From Phoronis australis (Eukaryota > Animalia > Phoronida): 64,000 bases of DNA. The notes under the pieces were generated by a model. The model was not told the DNA's origin and did not search any database. It saw only the letters and a program-made list of their open reading frames with translations. The position numbers were made by a program, and so were the translations under genes. Of this stretch, positions 60,201 through 64,000 are shown piece by piece. Positions within the stretch are counted from its first letter, which is position 1. Each line of letters begins with the position of its first letter. The DNA lies in the NCBI GenBank assembly GCA_002633005.1, contig NMRA01000329.1:333219-397218 (forward strand). The letters are read 5' to 3'.

Positions 60201-63200
60201 CAGTAACTGCGAATGCTCTCGCAGCCACCTCCGTCGTACCGTCTGTGGCAGCAAAATCGAGATATGGCAATCTCTGTTCATGAAAAGATCTCATTTAACA
60301 TAGCCACTGTTTTGAATACTTAACGGGGCTCCTACCTAAAACATGGTAACTTAGTTTACAAGTTTCAGTAGCCCATGTTATGTCTCTCAGTCCTTCCGTC
60401 TCGCATATTTTACAGCAGTTTGTGGCGTTCCCTGCAATTAAAGTTGGCATAGTTTCAAATTAGGATAATTGATATTACCTTATTTGCGATATTTTACTGA
60501 TGGCATGGTTACTATAGCGACTAGTGTCAGCAAAATCATATCTTAGCAATGGAACACCATACGAAAGTACACTATGTTTCATGGAGTAACCTAGATTTAT
60601 TTCTAAATGAATCACCAACTCTGCAAACTAAATAAAGGGTCATTCATGTTTCTGACATAATAAAGCAACTTGCAAAATAGACTACTTACAACTTCAGTGA
60701 GCGAAACTTGATTATTATTCAATAGTATTTATAACAAATTGCACTTCTTTTGACACAAAAATAAGAAATCTCTAAATAAATACTCGCCTGACTCACATTT
60801 GCAATGCAAATCAGTAGACTATGTGGTTCGGAATGAAAGAAGGGTAATTAGCGATCGTGGTCTCAAAGGTACAATGAAATTCGAAAGTAATAAGTTCTCA
60901 CTGGACGGATACATTCTCGCCTGATAGGGTGATGTGTTTTACAATGTTAGGCCCGAATGCAGTTTTTCCCGACCAGTTTGTAATGAAACAACACAAAAAA
61001 CTTACACAGATAATAACCTGGAGCATATGTGCTTGTTCGTATGAGATAGTCGCCGTTGATGACTTCAGACGACCAATCAAGTCCTGTGATAGGGCTCCCT
61101 TCACCCTATAAGTGAACATTCTATGAACTGTGTATGAACGAGAAGTCAAATCGGCTAACGTTGATATAGTTTACAATTGGATGTGAGAAAAAGGCAACTT
61201 TAAGCTTCCTAATTTTAATTGAAAATTTGTTTGGACTGCAAAACTTCAAAGTCCTTCGGAACACGTCGTTACGTTACATGGGCGGCGCAGCACTGAAAAA
61301 AGTGGGGGGCTAAAGCCCCCTCAGCCCCCTGTGGTCCACCGCCTATAGACCATGTGCGGTGTAGCACTGAAAAAAGTGGGGGCTATAGCCCCCAGCCCCC
61401 TATGGTGCGCCGCCCATGCGTTAAGTAGTAAAATAAGAAAATATTGTCTATCCAAGACAGGTCGCTTCCTCGTTAACAGTCGACAGTAATTTTTTGATTG
61501 AACTGCAAGAACTTGTTTTCAACTCATATGGAACACTTGAAATTTCCGTAAATTTCCTCACCTTGCAGATTCCATCTTGTTTCCAGAGTTGTTCTGATTG
61601 ATCGCTGTAACTTAGTAGGTACACGTGACCTATTTGACTTCCAACGGCTACTTTTTGACAATCTGAAACATTTGTATGAATGAGATTACTGAGAAAAGAA
61701 GATTTAATCCGGAGATCTCTGTTTCATGCGCGTGGCTAATTATTGTTTGAGAACTAAGCCTCATGTCTAAAATCATTTTGTCTATCTACATCAAACACAA
61801 GCCTATTTACATTGGCACAACGTTTCGATCTGTCATTTCTTTGGCCATCTTCAGGTGTTACAGCGTTCTGGAATAAACATAATCCAAGTGCCCACCATGA
61901 GTGTACGCGTGCTCGTTCTTCTGAGAACGGTGTAACACCCGAAAACGGACGGAGATTAGGACCGACTGAAACGTGGTGTCAATGTAAATAGGCTAACTGT
62001 TGGTGGGAATAGATCAAGAGATTTTAGGCATGATATCATTGATTTATTTGTTTCCAACTTGTAGCGTGATTAAGACTAGACGGGTTTCTTTCCTATAACG
62101 AGGAACTATACTCGTATTTTCGTTATCATACCTGGTGATAACTTGAGATTCGTCAGTCGGTCTTTTCCGCATTTAAGTCTACAAATCTCGTGAGTATCAG
62201 TGTCAGATCTTTTGAAAAACACAACCCTGTAATGTAGTAAAATCATGACATTATGAAAATCGTAACTAACAAATGACATAAATGAAATTCACCCGTGCTC
62301 CTTCAATCCTGCAACATAAGAATGCATAGAAAATGTGACCAAGGGGATTACTAGACAAAATGTTTTGGCAATGATTTTATTTATTAGTTTCATTAAAACG
62401 GCTACTTGTAGCTTCATTTGCTTAACGAATCCATTTTTTCCTAAAGATTCTGTAGGACCATAGAAAATGTTCAAAATAGCTGATCGGATTCAAATGACAA
62501 GTTGTAATATCTTGCTTTATGTAGTGTTCTCCAAAACGCTGTTCAGATTTCTTTTTAAAATTATCGTTTTTTGCAAGAGGGGCTATCGAATGGACGTTTA
62601 TGATTTTTATGGAAAATCTCAAAAGTTGTGTATAACAAAAACTAAACGATAATTCAGAAAATTGTTACCGCATTTTTTACGTTAAAATTTACAGCAAATG
62701 AAATTTGGTCATTTATTGATGCCGTTTTGTACTATGAATTCCCCTTTCGAATGTTACAGAAGAGACATGATCACGTGACCTGATCAGTAGTTGTATGGTG
62801 TTAAGTCAAACATCAAATTCTACAGTCTTTCTTTCCCGTATACTTTTACTCAAACTTTATGGTTAGAAATTTAGCTGAATGTACAGAGGTGTTCTTAAAT
62901 TAACAAACATGAAATTTCACTCACCCTCCGTCTTTTAACCCAAGAACTACCAATGTGGCGCTTTCACTGACGTCGCAAGACGTTATTCGCAAGTTCTAAA
63001 GAAGACATAACACCGAAAAGCTTTTTTAAGAAAGACAATAGATCGCAGTTTCTTTAAGTTTTAAAGACAGGGAAAACCAGTGTCGTGTCAGGATATTTTA
63101 GATTTGTGGCGGACTGTTGCTGTCGTTCGCTTTTGAGAGTTGCTAGCTTTTTAATTAAGAGTAGTAAGCATCTCGGGTAATGTTACTGAAAAAGCGCCAG

Positions 63201-63803
63201 GACTAGTTCGCGTGTACCCGCAGTAGGAGCAGATTGTGTATCCCGGCACAGCGACCATCTCTGGTACCTGAGGCAGAAGTAGACTCTACCAAAGTAAATT
63301 ACAATCTACCGCAGGTATCGGGGACCCATTTTATCTACACACAGTTCATTGGCTCATGAAGGCAGTCGTTAATTCTGGATATGAAAAATTATCAAATTTT
63401 CGTCAGTTACAACGATTTCGCTTTTCTGAAAAATTGCAAAATCGCTCGTTTGCATTAACGTTCTTCCCACCCATAGCACTATACAGTTTCGTTCTGGCCA
63501 CCAGAAGCACGCAGTATTCGTGGAAACTTTAGGTTTCGGCGAATTTCTACTTGCCGTTTTTGCACTGTTTTGGAGTAAACTTCTGTCACAAACGTGCACA
63601 AAATCTTCAACATCGAAATTCATTCACCAGTTACGTCAGAGGGGTAACAATTAGATATCGCGTACCTTTGTGCAACTTTTCCATACGCACTGTCGTGAAA
63701 TGCTGTCGAAGAGACTTATAATCCCATCGCTGCCAGCGCTGCAGAAAATACCCGGCATGCCACACTCGACGGCCACCATTGATCTTAAGTCATCGTAGTG
63801 ACC
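57216..63803 (-). CDS. Echinoderm microtubule-associated protein-like (EML/EMAP, TAPE WD40 domain), 3' part; exons 63803-63666, 62995-62925, 62226-62132, 61662-61562, 61105-61006, 60431-60336, 58397-58264, 57338-57216; continues beyond the window
   Basis: 858 nt of phase-consistent GT-AG exons translating to GHYDDLRSMVA..SAGSDGII..W / LVVLGLKDGG / DRLTNLKLSPD / KVAVGSQ..VYL / PITGLDWS / LRDITWATETCKLSYHVLG / GMWS..SINA..LAMGDSQGYITMFRYPC / HSQVTNMLFTKDGQYLITCGGKDTLIMQWRIV*. This is collinear with the EML1-4 C-terminal propeller. Confidence 0.85.
58471..59991 (-). mobile_element. Non-autonomous Helentron/DINE-1-type element with 450-bp higher-order internal repeat, in an EML-like intron
   Basis: Sub-terminal inverted repeat ATGCGCCCACA (58496-58506) / TGTGGGCGCAT (59977-59987), hairpin 59958-59987, (GGAC)n microsatellite at about 59890-59945, terminal hairpin CAACGC-AGA-GCGTTG (58479-58493) and AACAAG end. 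Internal copies are offset by exactly 450 bp. Confidence 0.8.
61277..61418. mobile_element. Dimeric mini-MITE with perfect 13-bp TIRs and 5-bp TSD CGTTA
   Basis: CATGGGCGGCGCA / TGCGCCGCCCATG; CGTTA at 61272-61276 and 61419-61423; two about 70-bp units in tandem. Confidence 0.85.
61761..62033. mobile_element. Inverted dimer of a Penelope-like pLTR fragment carrying hammerhead-like cores
   Basis: The arms are imperfect reverse complements (AGCCTATTTACATTG / CAATGTAAATAGGCT). The minus strand of the left arm reads taacac-CTGAAGA-...-GAAA-C-GTT-gtgcca. Confidence 0.5.
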
Positions 63804-64000
63804 CTATCAATGACACATATTATGTACAAGCAAATACACGTCATTGAAATGTATCCATCTCTCTGATTTGGGATCGCACGAGAAGAAGGCAGATCGTCAC
63901 TCAACAGAGCATTTCACATTTGAATTTTTCAGACGGTGGATCAGGTGTCCGATCTGCCTTCAGTATTACATTTAGCTAGAGAAGGAAGGTTGTATGTCTT

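Noticed and set aside
60023-60335. Extra EML-like exon suggested by ORF 60040-60294 and a GTAAGT donor
   Set aside because: No WD40/EML similarity, and the 60336->58397 splice already gives the expected protein.
62293-62308. AG/GT-bounded 16-nt micro-exon in EML-like
   Set aside because: The flanking exons already join in frame; inclusion would shift the frame.

Overview
Eukaryotic (metazoan, probably marine-invertebrate) genomic DNA: AT-rich, GT-AG introns, dense with non-autonomous DNA-transposon debris, draft assembly (Ns at 18517, 29618-29627, 36012, 37790, 44338). The species cannot be named from sequence. Splicing exons by hand gives six protein-coding units. (1) A complete 7-coding-exon ZNF318-like matrin-zinc-finger gene (minus, 10552-3185, 1288 aa). 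(2) Head-to-head with it, a canonical DHFR gene (plus, 10984-20532, 183 aa; one exon appears twice, probably a false haplotype duplication). (3) Directly downstream, a second, intact but strongly diverged DHFR-like unit (23736-29870). It has no start codon in its first visible exon and begins at a phase-0 splice acceptor. (4) An intronless TMEM45/DUF716 CDS (38158-39012). (5) A DUF229 alkaline-phosphatase-superfamily gene (to 56261). (6) The last 8 exons of an EML/EMAP-like WD40 gene (minus, 63803-57216). The main candidate novelty is a possible alternatively spliced tandem DHFR-DHFR' protein. A phase-0 AAG|GTAGAT donor two codons before the DHFR stop would join in frame to the second domain, which keeps the catalytic carboxylate but has a remodelled folate-tail pocket. 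Also seen: Kolobok-type THAP relics, two Helentron/DINE-type elements (one with a periodic CTCF-like motif array), 5-bp-TSD MITEs, Penelope-type minimal hammerhead motifs and several long palindromes. All family assignments come from recognised motifs, not database searches.
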